Source: Octopus bimaculoides
Lineage: Eukaryota
Assembly: GCF_001194135.2 (NCBI RefSeq)
Contig: NC_068995.1
Coordinates: forward strand, 47,427,059-47,480,690
Direction of reading: 5' to 3'
Length of the DNA: 53,632 nt
The position numbers and the translations under genes were made by a program. The notes beneath the pieces were generated by a model. It saw only the letters and a program-made list of their open reading frames with translations. It had not been told where the DNA came from and ran no database searches. Below, piece after piece: positions 1-13,625 of the stretch (its first letter is position 1; each line of letters starts with the position of its first letter).

Positions 1-20
1 CATTATTATTATTATTATTA

Positions 21-57
<37 letters not shown>

Positions 58-197
58 CATTATTATCATTATTATTATTATTATTATCATTATTATCATT
101 ATTATTATTATCATTATTATCATTATTATTATTATTATTATTATCATTATTATCATTATTATTATTATCATTATTATCATTATTATTATCATTATTA

Positions 198-246
<49 letters not shown>

Positions 247-250
247 TACT
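1..250. repeat. (ATT)n microsatellite interrupted by ATC
   Basis: Directly visible; runs off the window start. Confidence 0.97.
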
Positions 251-699
251 TTCAAATCCAGCAGGATGAAAAGCAAAGTTAGTTTTAGTGAGATGTATTT
301 TCAGTTTAGATTCTTCTGGATTCAATTTTGGCCTTTCCTCATTTGAGGATTAATAAGATGGTTAGTACCTGTAGTATGCTGGGAAACTTAATCAAACCGA
401 TACACCGTCCAGCTCTATGTGTGCTTGTGTGCCTATTTACCTATTCATTTATTACAGGTTAATGAAGCCAGTTCATTTGTATGTGTGTGTGTGTGTGTGT
501 TTGGAGTTTTGAAGGAGCTGAATTTAATGTGAAGGCTTTCTTATCATTCCAATGCACTTCAGCAACTTAAATGATATCGCTCCAGCTGAGGCTGAACACA
601 GGACCACGTATCTTGTCGGTAGAAAACACACCACCACTGTTCTTTGGTGTTTGATAATTATAAGGATTTCTTTTATTTGCCACAGGGGTATAGAGGGAC

Positions 700-700
700 A

Positions 701-741
<41 letters not shown>

Positions 742-920
742 CAACAATAAAAATAATGATGATGACCTTGGTAATGAAGAGAACGATGACTTTGATGACT
801 ATTGTTTTTTTTTTCCATTATTTATTTATTACAGAAATGATGATTATGATGATGGTGGTGATGATGGTGGTGGTGGTGGTGGGGGTGGTGGTTTTGGTGG
901 AGATGATGGTGGTGGCTGTG
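700..920. repeat. Compound AAT/GAT/GGT trinucleotide tract
   Basis: Directly visible; source of the spurious ORFs 552-938 and 644-1084. Confidence 0.9.
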
Positions 921-1361
921 ATAAAGTCTGTGAAATAGTAGAATGTGAAACTAACCTATTTGTGCCGTATTTGATTACAGAACTCTGTTCCAGGTTCAAA
1001 TTATTACCAGCATTCATTTTTCCCCTTTGGATCCTTTCAGGATTGATAAAACAAATACCTGTTACATCCTGGGGTATTGCCTGATTCCAGACACAAATAT
1101 GTGGCCTTATGCCAATGTAAAATAAAAAAAAAATTTAATCATAATTACATTTCTTCATAATCATATAATTATTTGGAAATTTGACAGGTGACAGTAGGTG
1201 CTTTCACCTACAGTTGCTTTTGAAGTAAGAGAGAAAGAGAAAGAGAGTTTACTAAGAAATAGATGGGAGGATGAAGTTTCCCTTTAAGGGGAGAGAACTG
1301 CTCAGGGTTTATAATTTTTGTTTTGCTTTATAATAATTATTATTATTATTATGAGAGGTCT

Positions 1362-1470
1362 TAAGGTGGCTAGCTGGCAGAATCGTTGGCATGCTGGACG
1401 AAATGCTTAGCGGTATTTTGCCCGTTGCTATGTTCTGGGTTCAAATTCCACTGACTTTGCTTTTCATCCT
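1362..1470 (+). mobile_element. tRNA-derived SINE, family A (label mine), 3'-truncated
   Basis: agctggcagaatcgtt (A-box-like), gggttcaaattcc (B-box) and gactttgcttttcatcct; matches many other copies in the window. Confidence 0.85.
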
Positions 1471-2311
1471 AAATGACAAATAATAAGTAAATCATTGCTA
1501 AATGATATCAATGAATTTCTAACTCTCCACCTGGAGTATTAACTGCCATTAAGCTCAAAAATGGAAGGAAGAAAATATCTGGAGAGATTCATATGATGAA
1601 ACACAAAATGTAAATACTCATGGGACAAACTGAAAGTTTTTTTCTAAGTTATGGTCAAACTTTGGTTCTCAAACACGGTGGTGCATCAGCATGGCCGCAG
1701 CTCTAAGCTGAAACTTAAAAAAAAACAAAACAAAAAAAAACACAAAATTGCTTCGTCCCGTTTGCGAACCCACAAAACAACAACAACACTACATATTGCA
1801 GTTTCATATATGGTTTAAGAGACAGGAGTGAATATCTACAGTACGAGACTACCAGAGTTAAATACATTGTCAAAGTAGTAGTAGTAGTAGTAGTATGGGG
1901 ACATGTGGTGTAACAACACTTTGCTGCATCTGCAATTTGTTGGTGATGCCCTTCTCCTTGTAGGTGATGCCTTTGCAAGCACTCAGACAACAACCCTTCA
2001 ACCCATGCGTCTGTTTGGGTGGTAATTGCTGATGAAGGTTTTACAGGGTTGGAGTTCAAATCTCACCTTGGCCTTTTAGCTGCCCTTTACAGAAATTATT
2101 CAGTCTATATTTTGACATGCTGCTCCCCACACATCACTTGGGCAACCTGATATTAAGATTTCTGTCAAAGAGCTGCAATTAAATCTTAATATAGACAAGA
2201 ATTTGGGAGAACTTAGTACAAATAGTATGCACTTTTCTTTTTAATCCAGTATTTAAATGTTACTGGGAAAAAGGTTCTTCTTGTTTAAATCATTATAGAA
2301 TTATTTAGTGA

Positions 2312-2460
2312 TGCAAGTTTGGCTGTGCAGTTAAGAAGTTCATTTTGTAATCATGGGGCTCAGGTGTTTACTCTCACCTTGGGCAAATATCTTCTACAAC
2401 AATCCTAGGCTGACCAATGACTCATGAGTGAATTGGAAGCCTGTTGTATATACATTCATA
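2312..2460 (+). mobile_element. Degenerate SINE, family B head
   Basis: ggctgtgcagttaagaagt...caccttgggcaaatatcttctac...aagcctgttgtatata aligns with the cleaner copy at 48246. Confidence 0.65.
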
Positions 2461-3542
2461 TATATACATACATGAGTGTGTATGTTAAAGGGTTAAAAAA
2501 ACATCTGCATTGTGTTAGTGTGTCACAATTTGTGCTCTACCAAGTATTGTCTAAGAATAAACACTGCTTTATAGATTTGAATTAATTTTCAAAATAATCC
2601 ACAATTTGAAATTATTCCATAAAATAAGCAACATGTTTGTTATAAAACCAATATTTAGAATATAACAACGAAGTTCTTCTTTACAATTAAAACTGAAGGA
2701 TTGAACTTAAATATACAAACTTCAAAAAATAGTTTTTTTGCATAATATAGTTTCTGGTCTTTGATGGATTGGTATGAAAATGGTTAAAGGAAATTTAATA
2801 ATTTAAATTTTGACAGTTGACAAAGTGTGTGTGTGTGAGAGAGAGAGAGAGAGGGAGAGAGAGTGCAGTATTGAATTAAATGCCTTTCATACTTAGATTT
2901 GCTGCTTTTCGATTTTGAGTTCAAATTCCTCTATGGATCATCTTTGTCATTCAGCCATGCAGTGTATGTGTGTGTAAAGAGAAAGGGGGAAGCAGGGGTT
3001 TGTAAGCTAAGTACCAGTAATACAGTGGGCACAGGCTGACCTCATGGAAATATAATTTCAATGTGCTGTAAAAAAAAAATTAAAAAAACAAAACAAAATC
3101 AATATTGAAATTACACAATTTTTGTTGTTGTTGTTGTTGTTCTGTTGCATTTTTCATTTGCTTCTGTTGCTGTTATTGTTGTTGTTATTCTGTTCATTTT
3201 TATTGCTTTCTTTTATTTTGTTTGTTCTTTGCCATCAAACTGTAGGCAGGAGATATCTTAATATGTTGCTGTTGTTGTTGTTGTTGACAGAAATGGATGA
3301 GGGTGTGATAGATACAGGCATGCACATATATGTGTGTACGTGTATAATGAAGAGCCACCTCTTTGTTCAATCCATGCTAAGATGGCATATGGATATTAAA
3401 TGTTGACGATGATGTTCTTGTTGTCACTGTAATTGTTGACATGAAATTGGTGAGGATTAAACCCAACAGTAATATGTCTGAAATATTGATAACAATAACA
3501 GACTAGACTCAGGCACCAAGTCCTTCTCCAGAGGTTTTAAAT

Positions 3543-3585
<43 letters not shown>

Positions 3586-4017
3586 TAAGGAGTGTGAATG
3601 CTAAAGGAGTAGCGGCTTGAGTTATAGTTAGAGTATTCACTTCTGTTCAACAATGAAGATTCAGTTGTTTGATCACAACTGAATTATCTGCCCTTGAATC
3701 AACATATAAGTGACAAAGTATTCCACAGACTAGTGCACTGTTAATGTAATTCTCAGGCATAATCAGTGTGACACAGTCTGTAACAATGATGTATCTTTTG
3801 AAATGCAGGTTCAATCCAAACGGCAGGATTCCATACAGTCTCTGTCTACCCAGTTTCACTTGTGTAGTATGGATCACCCTAAGGCTACAGAAAATTACAT
3901 TTATTTAAGGAACTGCATTGAACCCAACTGATATTGACCCCAAAACCTTAAGGTTACAAAATGGACTTCTTAAACATCTGGCAATATTGTGCCTATACTT
4001 CTGTATGTAATGTTCTA

Positions 4018-4170
4018 TATATGGCTGTGTGGTTAAGAAGTTTGTTTCTCAGCCACATAGCTGTGGGTTCAGTTCCACTGCATGACACCTTGACACTTGG
4101 GGTGTCTAAAAGGTTTGAAAGACAGAAACTGAAGGAAACCTGTCATACATATGTAATATATTTGTGCATG
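4018..4170 (+). mobile_element. SINE family B head, internally deleted
   Basis: ggctgtgtggttaagaagt...gggttcagttccactgcatgacacctt...gacagaaactgaaggaaacc. Confidence 0.75.
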
Positions 4171-4177
4171 TGTGTGT

Positions 4178-4346
4178 GTAGACACAAGATGTGATCTATT
4201 TCTAGCACATTAATTGTCCACGTTAGTGGTCGACGTTATTTTTTAAAATGTACCTTAATCCCCTGAGATTGCAGATATTATTTCTGAATCTCTTTGATTC
4301 TTTAGATGTGCTGGCCTCCTGATAATTAATCGATATTAATTAATAT
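4178..4346 (+). repeat. Unclassified dispersed repeat, copy 1 (copy 2 at 34838-35008)
   Basis: Colinear by eye with 34838-35008 from gtagacacaa to atcgatattaattaatat. Confidence 0.8.
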
Positions 4347-4567
4347 ATGATTAATTACCATATTTTATAATAATTATATATATATATATATAGATAGATA
4401 TAGATAGATAGATAGATAGATAGATAGGCAAATAGATAGATAGAGAGGGAGACAGACAGACAGACATACAGATAATAAAAAACGCATCATAGCATGTACT
4501 ACAAGATTTTTTTCCAAATTTGTTTAACTAATATACATACATACATACATACACACACATATAGATG

Positions 4568-4628
<61 letters not shown>

Positions 4629-4909
4629 ACTGCTTTCTCGTATACGAGCAAAGCCATTGCTAGAAAAAATCATTGGAAAGAGTCATCGATGATGCAATAT
4701 GAAGCCCTTGTATGACTCTTGAGCTCGGCCAAAGATGTGCACATTCTATTGCATAATGCACACATCTGAGCCGGGTGGCAGAGGGAACAGGTGCCACACT
4801 ATGAATTCTTTTGACAAGCCTTTTCAATCCTTCAACTGAAAGGTACACCTTTTCACAGGTTGCGCATATATATATATACATATATATACATATATATACA
4901 TATATATAC

Positions 4910-5212
4910 TTGACATCTCATCACCTGAGGGTGGGTCCAATAACAAGTGACCTCATCAAAAGAACTGAGGCCTTGGTTTCCAGCCTTCCATGGAAGCATA
5001 TTCAGCCATGAGGGAAGTATCGTTACCTTGCTTTGAAACAGGAGAGGATTACTGGCAGGAAGAACATCTGAACATAGAAAATCTGCAACCGCAAATGCTA
5101 GGTGATGCTTGCCAGCCGGGTAAAGGGAGCGCTAAGAAAAATGATAGTGATGACGACGACAACGATGATGATGATGATGATGATGATGACGGTGATGACG
5201 ATGACGACGACA
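4910..5212 (+). mobile_element. SINE body with Nin/Deu-like block and (GAT)n tail
   Basis: ttaccttgctttgaaacagg...ggcaggaagaacatctgaacatagaaaatctgc resembles 51750-51900; ends in GAT/GAC repeats. Confidence 0.6.
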
Positions 5213-5685
5213 TACTAAATTTGAGTAAAACATGAGAGCTGAAAGATAAGCAGATGAACTGTTATCCCTCATTTGATAATAGAGGGAAAAGATAGAGAAG
5301 AAAAGATATGATGATTCAGGAAGAGCCCTTCGTCAAATTTAGAAAACCATTTCATTAAAAGTAATGAGACAAAAAAAAAAAATAAACAAAATGACTCTGG
5401 CTTGTGTTGTTTAGTCATAATGTGAAACTACGACACACTGCACATCACCTTGTGATCAAATTTTGGGGGGAATGCTACTTGATATGGACTGGCATCTTCT
5501 ACAGGAGGAGATGTAACTCTTATCAGATTTATAACATAATAAGATGAATCCAGAAGTCATGTGTTCAAATATATGGCAGGTGTATTTGGACAATGCCTTA
5601 CCTCCTTTTTGTAGACTAATTATAACTATCTTGCTGGCAAAAATTAGTGTCAAAGAATTTTACAAAATGGTATTTGTGAGAGAAG

Positions 5686-6008
5686 TGAAGGCACGTGGTT
5701 TAGTGGTTAGGGTATTTGATTCACAGTTGTAAGATCGTGAGTTCAATTCCTGGCAGCATGTTGTCCTTGAGCACGACACTTCTTTTTTCATGTTGCTCTA
5801 GTCCCAAAAAGATATGTATTTGTAATTCAAAGGGCCAAAAGGCCAACCATGTCACATTCTGTGTCCCGCTGAATCTCCCTGAGAACTACATTGGGAAAAA
5901 AGACATGTCTGTGGAGTGCTCAGCCACTTACATGTTACTTTCATGAGCAGGCTGTTCCATTGATCGGATCAACTGGAACACTCATCATCAGAACTGAGCG
6001 AATGCCAG
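5686..6008 (+). mobile_element. tRNA-derived SINE, family F head with CORE-like block
   Basis: gtggtttagtggttagg (A box), gagttcaattcc (B box), gtccttgagcacgacactt (CORE-like); body ends gatcggatcaactggaac. Confidence 0.85.
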
Positions 6009-6779
6009 TTATCTGTGAGAAACTGGTATCCTCTCATCATCTCTCATTTACTTAATCACATGAAAGCAGAACTAATTAATTCAATGAACAGAGGCCCTTT
6101 AGGACATCAGGAAACATTATATTGAGCCTACGTATATTAATTGCCTCTGTTGCCTTAGATGATATAGTCAACCCTTAATTTTACCCTTATCGTTTTAGCT
6201 GATATAGTTAAACCTACATTGTAAAAGGTATAACAACCCTTGTTACCTTAAGTGATAAAGTTACCACATCAGCATATATTCATAGACGTATCTGATATAA
6301 TTATTCTTCATCTTATTTTCCAGTTGTGTAGTTAGTGCTTAATAGTAAGTGTTTAGGTTCAAACCACAGTTTTAATTGTCAAAACCAAAATCCATTAAGA
6401 AACAAATTACTCTACTAGCCCCTCCACCCCCACTTGGGAGAACGAAGTTATCACACCTACTTAATAGTTTAATAATTTATGTATTGCAAAGGGCGTGCTC
6501 TAACATTTCAGATATATGCAAATATATGCAAATTATCTTAACACAAACAAAGGACATATTCCAGACTAAAATGATAAACTGCTGCTAATCTATGTTTCTT
6601 GTTGGTTCTCGTTTGTAAAACTAACGAGTAGGTGGGATGTAATGATATTCAGTTTTGTGAGGCCATGACATCAATAATTTGTTCATGGTCACAAATTTTG
6701 GTTTACCCCATTATATGACTGGTGTCATATACTTGTTTATTATATAAGACGAGTATATGACATTAACGATGGTATGTCT

Positions 6780-7170
6780 GTTGGTTATTGCTGTTGTTGT
6801 TGTAGTTGTTGTGTTGTTGATGTTGTTGTTGTTGTCATTGGTATTAGTAGTGGTGGTGGTGGTGGTGGAGGTATTGGTGGAGGTGGTGGAGGTGGCGGTG
6901 GTGGTAAGTGTAGTGGAGATAATCAGAACAATATGGATGATAGTAGTATAAATGACTTTAGTAATGAGGCTTATTGAGTTGTGAAAGTTGTGATGATGAT
7001 GATGATGAGGAAGATGACAATGATGATGATGATGATGACGAATGATGATGGTAACGATGATGATGGTGACGATGACGACGATGACAACGTTGATATGATG
7101 ATGATGATGATGATGATGATGTTGATATTTGCAATAATGATGGTGATAGTGATGGGGATAGTGATTGTGA
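6780..7170. repeat. Compound GTT/GGT/GAT microsatellite
   Basis: Directly visible. Confidence 0.9.
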
Positions 7171-8496
7171 TGCCATGGAATGAGACAGAGGAATTTGTAC
7201 TCTGCAATCTCTCTGGAAATGATGAGAGGTCAATTAATTAAAGCTCTAATGATATTGCTTCCCATTTGTGGAACCAAGTGCACTAGAATCACGATAAAGT
7301 GGAGCAAAAATGACCCAGCTTTTGGGGTTACAACCTCCACAGGTTTAAGGAAACTGTGCTGTGAAGAGAAAATATTCAAAGTGAACCATGAAAGTACTAA
7401 GTTACTTTGACATGAGAGAGGTCCCAAGGTCGCAAGGTCATTAGGTCACATTTGTGGTGAAAGAAGATATTGGTGCAGCTATTGGTAGGAAAGGTTTCAG
7501 TTTTAATGATGACAAAGATAGGTAAATCTACAATGAGAAAGATGGTACGTCAAAATGGAAATTAGAAGGTTTAATGTTCTTTATGCTTCCATATGGATGA
7601 GATGGAATGGGAACCAATTTGATGATACAGAAAATATCTGACGATTTTAATTAACATTAACAATACAGGAGTTTGTCTGTCTATTTCTTTGGATTCTAGA
7701 TCCTATAGGAATGGGGAATGCTGGATTAATTAAATCTATGCTACTCTTGGATTAATGTCCAGCACTGTAATGTGTGGAAGTTATAGTTAAGAACACAAGA
7801 CTCACCCTATATCAATTAGTTTTACCAAAAGAAAAGAATTTAAAATTTACTATCATGAAATACAACAAAGAGTCTTGAAATTACTACTTCAACATCTGTT
7901 CTTGGATGCATGTCCAGTCATGGAGTGTGGAAACAATTGTCAGGAACACAAGCCTGGTTTTGATAGTGGCTGAGAATCCATTCATCTACCTCCTGAGCAA
8001 AATATCAAAGCAAAATCGAAACCATTCCTTCTGTAGAACTCTCCATGGATAAGAGAGAATCTTATGGCAAAGAACATGAGGGTTATTGTTTGAAATCCTG
8101 AAATCCTAGAACCAGGACGTGTATACTTACTGATGAATCCCAGTTCTGATACAGAAAGAAATTATGAGATACACTGCCCCTGCAATCACATCCCTTTACC
8201 TGTCAACGTTGATCCTACATATTTTTAAAAGTCTTAGGAATGGATTGTCAAAACCTTTGAATTTACAGCTGAAAGATACTGGCCTTACTTTTAACCACTC
8301 ATCTACCAAAGAGGAAGTTGGTTCCATTTCTTCTGTGAGACCAAAACACTAGAGCAAGAACAGTTAAATGCTTTACTCAGGGACTGAGTATAATGGCTGT
8401 TATAGGATTTGAACTTGGGAATATGAGGTCACCTCTGTGTCATCGGTCTATGCTTTTACCAACACAGAAGATCTTTGGTCATCCTTATTGAAGAAC

Positions 8497-8660
8497 CTAG
8501 CTAACCACGTTTCTGTGTAAGCACCATGGGGAGGGAGAGAGATCAGATATTGATTGTGGGAGTGTATTAAGCAGGAGGTGGTGGTAGGAAAGGTTAGGAA
8601 ACTGGAAACTTCTATTGTAATCACGTGTATTCTTGGAATGGTGTAATGTAATAGATAGGA
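8497..8660 (-). mobile_element. Possible decayed CR1/L2-type LINE ORF2 C-terminus
   Basis: Minus-strand ITLHHSKNTRDYNRSF...LLNTLPQSI weakly resembles the ..Y..SF.P....LWNSLP.S. end of CR1-like ORF2; by-eye match only. Confidence 0.3.
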
Positions 8661-8664
8661 TGCC

Positions 8665-9040
8665 AAATAATGCTGATGATGGTGGTGGCAATGATGATCA
8701 TGTTAGTTATTTTAATGACGGTGGCGATGAAGATGTTCCTAGCAATGGTGAGAGGAGAGACAGAGATGAGGATGAGGATGCTGATGGGAACAGATGAGGA
8801 TGAGGAAGTTGATGGGAACAGTGAGGTGGAGTGGAGGCAGAGAAGGCGGCGGCGGATCATAGTGATTGTGATAGCGACTGCGATGAGGGTGGTCATAGCT
8901 GAGGTGCTGATGACGATGACGATGATGATGTTGATGATGATGATGATAATGCTAAGATGTAGGAGAAAAATGAGAGGGAGGTGGTGGAGAATAGTACCAA
9001 TGATGAGGTTGAAGATGATAGCAGTGATGATGATAATCAT
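8665..9040. repeat. Degenerate compound GAT/GAG/GGT tract
   Basis: Directly visible. Confidence 0.85.
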
Positions 9041-9659
9041 CTTGCGTACATTTCTGTAAAATAATTTTAGTGTATTTGGTAACAACAGCATCGATGATAA
9101 CGATGATTCCATGCTTCTATTTATTTATTTATTTATCTATCTATTTGTTTATTTATTGAGTAGATCGATGATCCCTAATGTAATTATGGTTTGTACATCT
9201 TTAATCCTTCCCTCTGTGATGAAACCAAGAACGGTGAAGAATGTTTGGGGATTACTGAAATAGCCAATATATAAAGCTTATATAATCAATGTCATTTATT
9301 CGAACATGTAAACAAATTTTTTTATAATCAATTCAACACCAGGCCCCAGTATATTGATGGTACTTTCATGTATTAGAGATGAAAAAAAAAAAAATATATA
9401 TATATATATATAAAAAAAAAATACAAAAACAAATCTATTCTTGTCAAAAATTTGTACTGAAAATAGTGAAGGATGAGAAAGTTGTACTCTTTGAGTACTC
9501 TCTTGTCTTGTACTTTGCTGATGCAGACTCTCACCATTTTACTTCGATTGTGGATTCTACAATAATAAATTGTTCGTGTTCTTGTTGTTATTGTTGTTTA
9601 ATTAGGTACAAGGATCGTTACATTTTAGGTACTGGAATACTGTGGTGTTGATGCTTTCG

Positions 9660-9706
9660 TTGTTTGTTTTTTCTATGTGTGTGCACACGTGTGTGTATGT
9701 GTGTGT

Positions 9707-9768
<62 letters not shown>
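9660..9768. repeat. (TG)n followed by (AG)n
   Basis: Directly visible. Confidence 0.95.
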
Positions 9769-9771
<3 letters not shown>

Positions 9772-9964
9772 GTTCGATATTTTCTCATAGGTCATTACCA
9801 ATATAAGTGGAAAAATACTTGATCAAGGACTGAAACCACAAATACATTCTGGAATAAGCTGACTTAGGGTGACTTTACCTATTGCTATACGTTATTGCTT
9901 GTTCTGCGGTTCAACATAAACAATACCAAAAGGACCAGCAACAGCAGCAGAAATACAACTAAAT

Positions 9965-10310
9965 TTCTGATGGTGAGGAAGAGGAAGACGAAGACGATGA
10001 TGATAACAGTGATGATAAGGATGAGGATGACAACAACGATGATGATGATGACAATAATGGTGATGATGATGAGGAGGAGGAAGAGGCTGGTGATGAAGAT
10101 GATGATGAGAAAGTTGATGATGATGATGATGATGATGATGATGACGACAATAATAATATTGGTGATGATGATCCTGATCCTGATCATGACGACAATGATG
10201 ACAAGGATGACAAGGATGACGATGACGATAATGATGATGATGGTGTGAATGATAATACGGATGATGGTAATACTGATGTGGAATGATGACGACGATGATG
10301 ACGAGGAGGG
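9965..10310. repeat. Compound GAT/GAC/GAG tract
   Basis: Directly visible. Confidence 0.9.
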
Positions 10311-10811
10311 AGATGTGGTTCCAATGCTGGAAAACCAGTTGCTCTACCAGTTGCTCTACCAGTTGCTCTACCAGACTAATGGGGGGGGGGTTCTGGTGGG
10401 GGTTGCAGAGAAAGGAGGATTGTCTTTTCTTAAAGAGTCCTTTCGTGTGCATAGAGCTGTAATGAACGGTACAAAATATTTGCTTAAGCCTCTAGTAATT
10501 CTGTCAATCGAGCACATTGATGTATAAATATAAATATATATATACATATATATATATATATGTATGTATGGTATGTATGTATGTATGTATGTATGTATGT
10601 ATGTATATATATATATATATATATATGTAAAGAGAGGAGGTGTAAGATGAATGTATGTATTTCACCAGTTGATATCCATATAATAACAGTTGTTTTGCAG
10701 CCCTTATCATAGAAAAACAATTTATTTTAGTGTATAATAAATAATAAATTATTTTACACTTCTGAATTAATGTATGCAATATAAATTATATAATACAATT
10801 GCATATGAGTA

Positions 10812-10870
<59 letters not shown>

Positions 10871-10930
10871 CATTGTCTTATTGACATTAGAATCTTAGAA
10901 TAGTCATCATATTTTGTACAATTCCCTTTC

Positions 10931-10977
<47 letters not shown>

Positions 10978-11654
10978 CTCTGTTTATTCTTTGTTTATGT
11001 CAAATTTCATCTGTTTATATTTATTAAGACTGAATTAAACATGTAACTGCAAGTATGTTGAAATAGATATGCACACCCATGTATAAGCAAGTGTTTTAGC
11101 TAATGATAATATGCATGTCAACACATATATGTTAGCTTCATTGCTGGTTCAAAGTCTCAAAGATCAGCACAGGTATGTGCAGCACATTGCGTTGCTTATG
11201 CGAAAAGTGTTGTAAAAGAGGGCTTAATGGAAATGTGCTGGACAAAAAGTTTTTTTTTTTTTTTTTGGCAATTAGTTGTGAAATTGCTTAAGTTATGAAT
11301 TTGGTTAGTTATGGTATGGTAAGCTGCCTAGGAAAATGAGAAAATGATTTTAGTTGTAATATATAGTGGTCATCAATGTGTCACTCTAGCATGGCCTGGG
11401 ACCTGGTGGCTTAATTAGTCTTAAGAAAGCTCATTTACGTACTGATAATATTTTCCTAGTATATAAAACACATATGCTTGCTTATATATGTGTGTATATG
11501 TATGTACATGTATATATGTGTGTGTGTNNNNNNNNNNGTATATGTATGTACATGTATATATGTGTGTGTGTATGTGTGTGTATGTGTGTGCATATATATG
11601 CATGTGTGTTTGTATACATAGATGTGTGCATGCCTATGTGTGTGTGTGTGATCC

Positions 11655-11790
11655 TTTAATGTCCATTTTCTGTGCTGGTATGGGTTGGATGGTTTGAGAA
11701 AAACTGGCAAGTCAGAGGACTGCATCAAGCTCCAATGTCCTTGTTTGTCCCCTCTATGCTTAGCCCCTTGTGGGCAATAAAGAAATAAGA
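11655..11790. mobile_element. Nin-type SINE 3' end (minus) abutting a family A type-iii tail (plus)
   Basis: tttaatgtccattttctgtgctggtatgggttggatgg (antisense family D end), then gtccttgtttgtcccctctatgcttagccccttgtgggcaataaagaaataag as at 25620-25675. Confidence 0.75.
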
Positions 11791-11859
11791 GGTTGTTTTA
11801 CTTCTATTGTTGAGTTTGGGTTAAGAGTAGAGCCCATAAGTTTTGCAGCCTATCTGAGA

Positions 11860-12200
11860 TGTGTGAGACTGATGCCATGAATGGTGTAGGAAAAATGTTG
11901 AATCAGGAAGAGATTCCAGAGGGGACAACGTTCTGGGAAAGAAGGGTTGGACATAGGGGTTTGTGTAGGGAAAAGACAATGGTTCAGATGCATGAAGGTT
12001 CACAAGAGGTAGAGAGAGGATTAGAATCAGACAGAGTGCTAAAGTGTTGGAGGTAAGAGACCAACCAACTAAAAGGGACAGAGACCATTATAGTAATATT
12101 AGAAAAAAACAGGGAAGGGTCAACATGCCTGTGGGCCAGAAGCTGGTATACATCACTAGTGTTGGGATGCAAACCAGCTGAATGGCCCTTGGCTGGTTGT
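11860..12200 (-). mobile_element. Possible decayed LINE APE-endonuclease fragment
   Basis: Minus strand contains tctgaaccattgtctt (one base from SDHCL) downstream of ..SNP..; otherwise heavily decayed. Confidence 0.3.
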
Positions 12201-12814
12201 GAACCAGAATATCTAGTTTCACAGCAACATCACTGTCGAAGATAAGATGTGGGGCAGTTTTTTATTGTGTGTCTCACATGATATTTGGTCACCTTAGAAA
12301 ACAAAGGACGAACAAGATGCCCATTAACTGGTACACATAGTTCCAAGGTGAAGTATTATAATATCCTTAATATATGCAGAGAGTGTCAAACCACCCTTCA
12401 TAGATGTGTAGCACCAGATTAACCTTAACAGAGAAGAATATCATTACCCAACCCATGACAGATATGTGTGTCATCGATCTAGTCTTTGCAGATAAAACAT
12501 AGTACCAAATCATCTTCCTTGGATGAAAATAATACTAAGTTATCCTAAACAAATGTATAAAGTACCAAAGCACCCTTAACGGGTGGATGCAGCAACTGTA
12601 TAATCTCAGTGAACAAAAGCATTTGCTGATTAGTGCTTATATCTAACGACTAATGAAAAGTAATCTATATTTGCACTGTGTAGTGCAAGATCTGACATGG
12701 TCAAGAAGGGAACATTACTGCACACCTTAATGAGTAATCAAACATAATGATCCAACTTTATTATATGGATGCAATATCCCTTCAGCCATAGCAAATAAGG
12801 AATAAACTGATGAT

Positions 12815-13070
12815 GGAGCCTTTAGGTGGTCGTTCAATATGCTAGAAATAACGGCCAAATTTCTCTCAAATCCCACGTGGTTTCTTTTTGTTTGTTGTTC
12901 TTCTTTTGTTATCTGGAAAACTAGGAGTATGTTTGATAATGCAGTCTGAGATAGATTGTGACTAAATAAGAAAAGAGATGTCCAAGGAAGGAAAGTCTTT
13001 GATAACAGGTCTGTTGGATGAAGGCTGACCCACAACTAAACAACAATAACAACAACAATAGCAGCAAGTA
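12815..13070 (+). mobile_element. SINE-like repeat, family H, with (AAC)n tail
   Basis: tgctagaaataacggccaaatttctctcaaat...tgacccacaactaaacaacaa; related pieces at 13255-13300, 16850-17200 and antisense at 39585-39620. Confidence 0.6.
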
Positions 13071-13625
13071 TCACATGTGAAATGGTTAGTTATACATGAG
13101 AAGATAGCAACTGACCCAAGAAACCTATTAATTCTATAGATATGCAATCAAATAATGGATAAGTCTACCAAGGAATCCAAACAGAAGTAGCAAAACAGAA
13201 TCACAAGGATCACAGAAGTAAAACATAACACTGAACCTCAGAGCTTAAAAGGAACCTTCTATGTGGTCATCCACTCTACCAGAAATAGCAACCAAATCAC
13301 CCCCTAATGGTTGACATGTTAGATAATCTTCGATATATCATCATCACAATTATTATTATTTTTAGGCCTAATTTTTTTCCGCACTGACATTGGTTGGACA
13401 CGAGTATTTGAGTCTGTATTCTACAGTCAGATGCCTGTTGCACTTTTGAAGTACAGTCTTTACACTGCAAGATGAATAAGATATGAGACATATTACTTAC
13501 AGGAGATGCAGGCACTTGTCACCATTTTTACTAACACACTGACAATGGGAAGATGTGGAAAAAATCTCTCTTTCACACACATGCATACAAATACATATAA
13601 ATATATACATACATGTACATCTATC

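Noticed and set aside
5686-5760. tRNA genes (here and at other SINE heads)
   Set aside because: A/B boxes are present, but there is no full cloverleaf and the heads continue into SINE bodies.
7420-8100. Decayed CR1 reverse transcriptase
   Set aside because: Only fragmentary hints (YR-VSL, GVPQG-like) that can be read on either strand; needs a profile search.
8125-8165. Third hammerhead (CTGATGA...GAAA)
   Set aside because: Stem II does not close against GAAA and no stem I or III pairing is evident. CTGATGA near 21965 (minus) and 2025 also lack the rest of the fold.
552-10527. Poly-Asp/Met/Ile/Ser/His ORFs (also at 22.3, 24.3-24.7, 27.8-28.6, 31.3-32.3 and 42.8-43.1 kb)
   Set aside because: They are translations of trinucleotide microsatellites, open in several frames and on both strands.
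11494-11571. Short duplication around a 10-N gap
   Set aside because: Same assembly-overlap signature.
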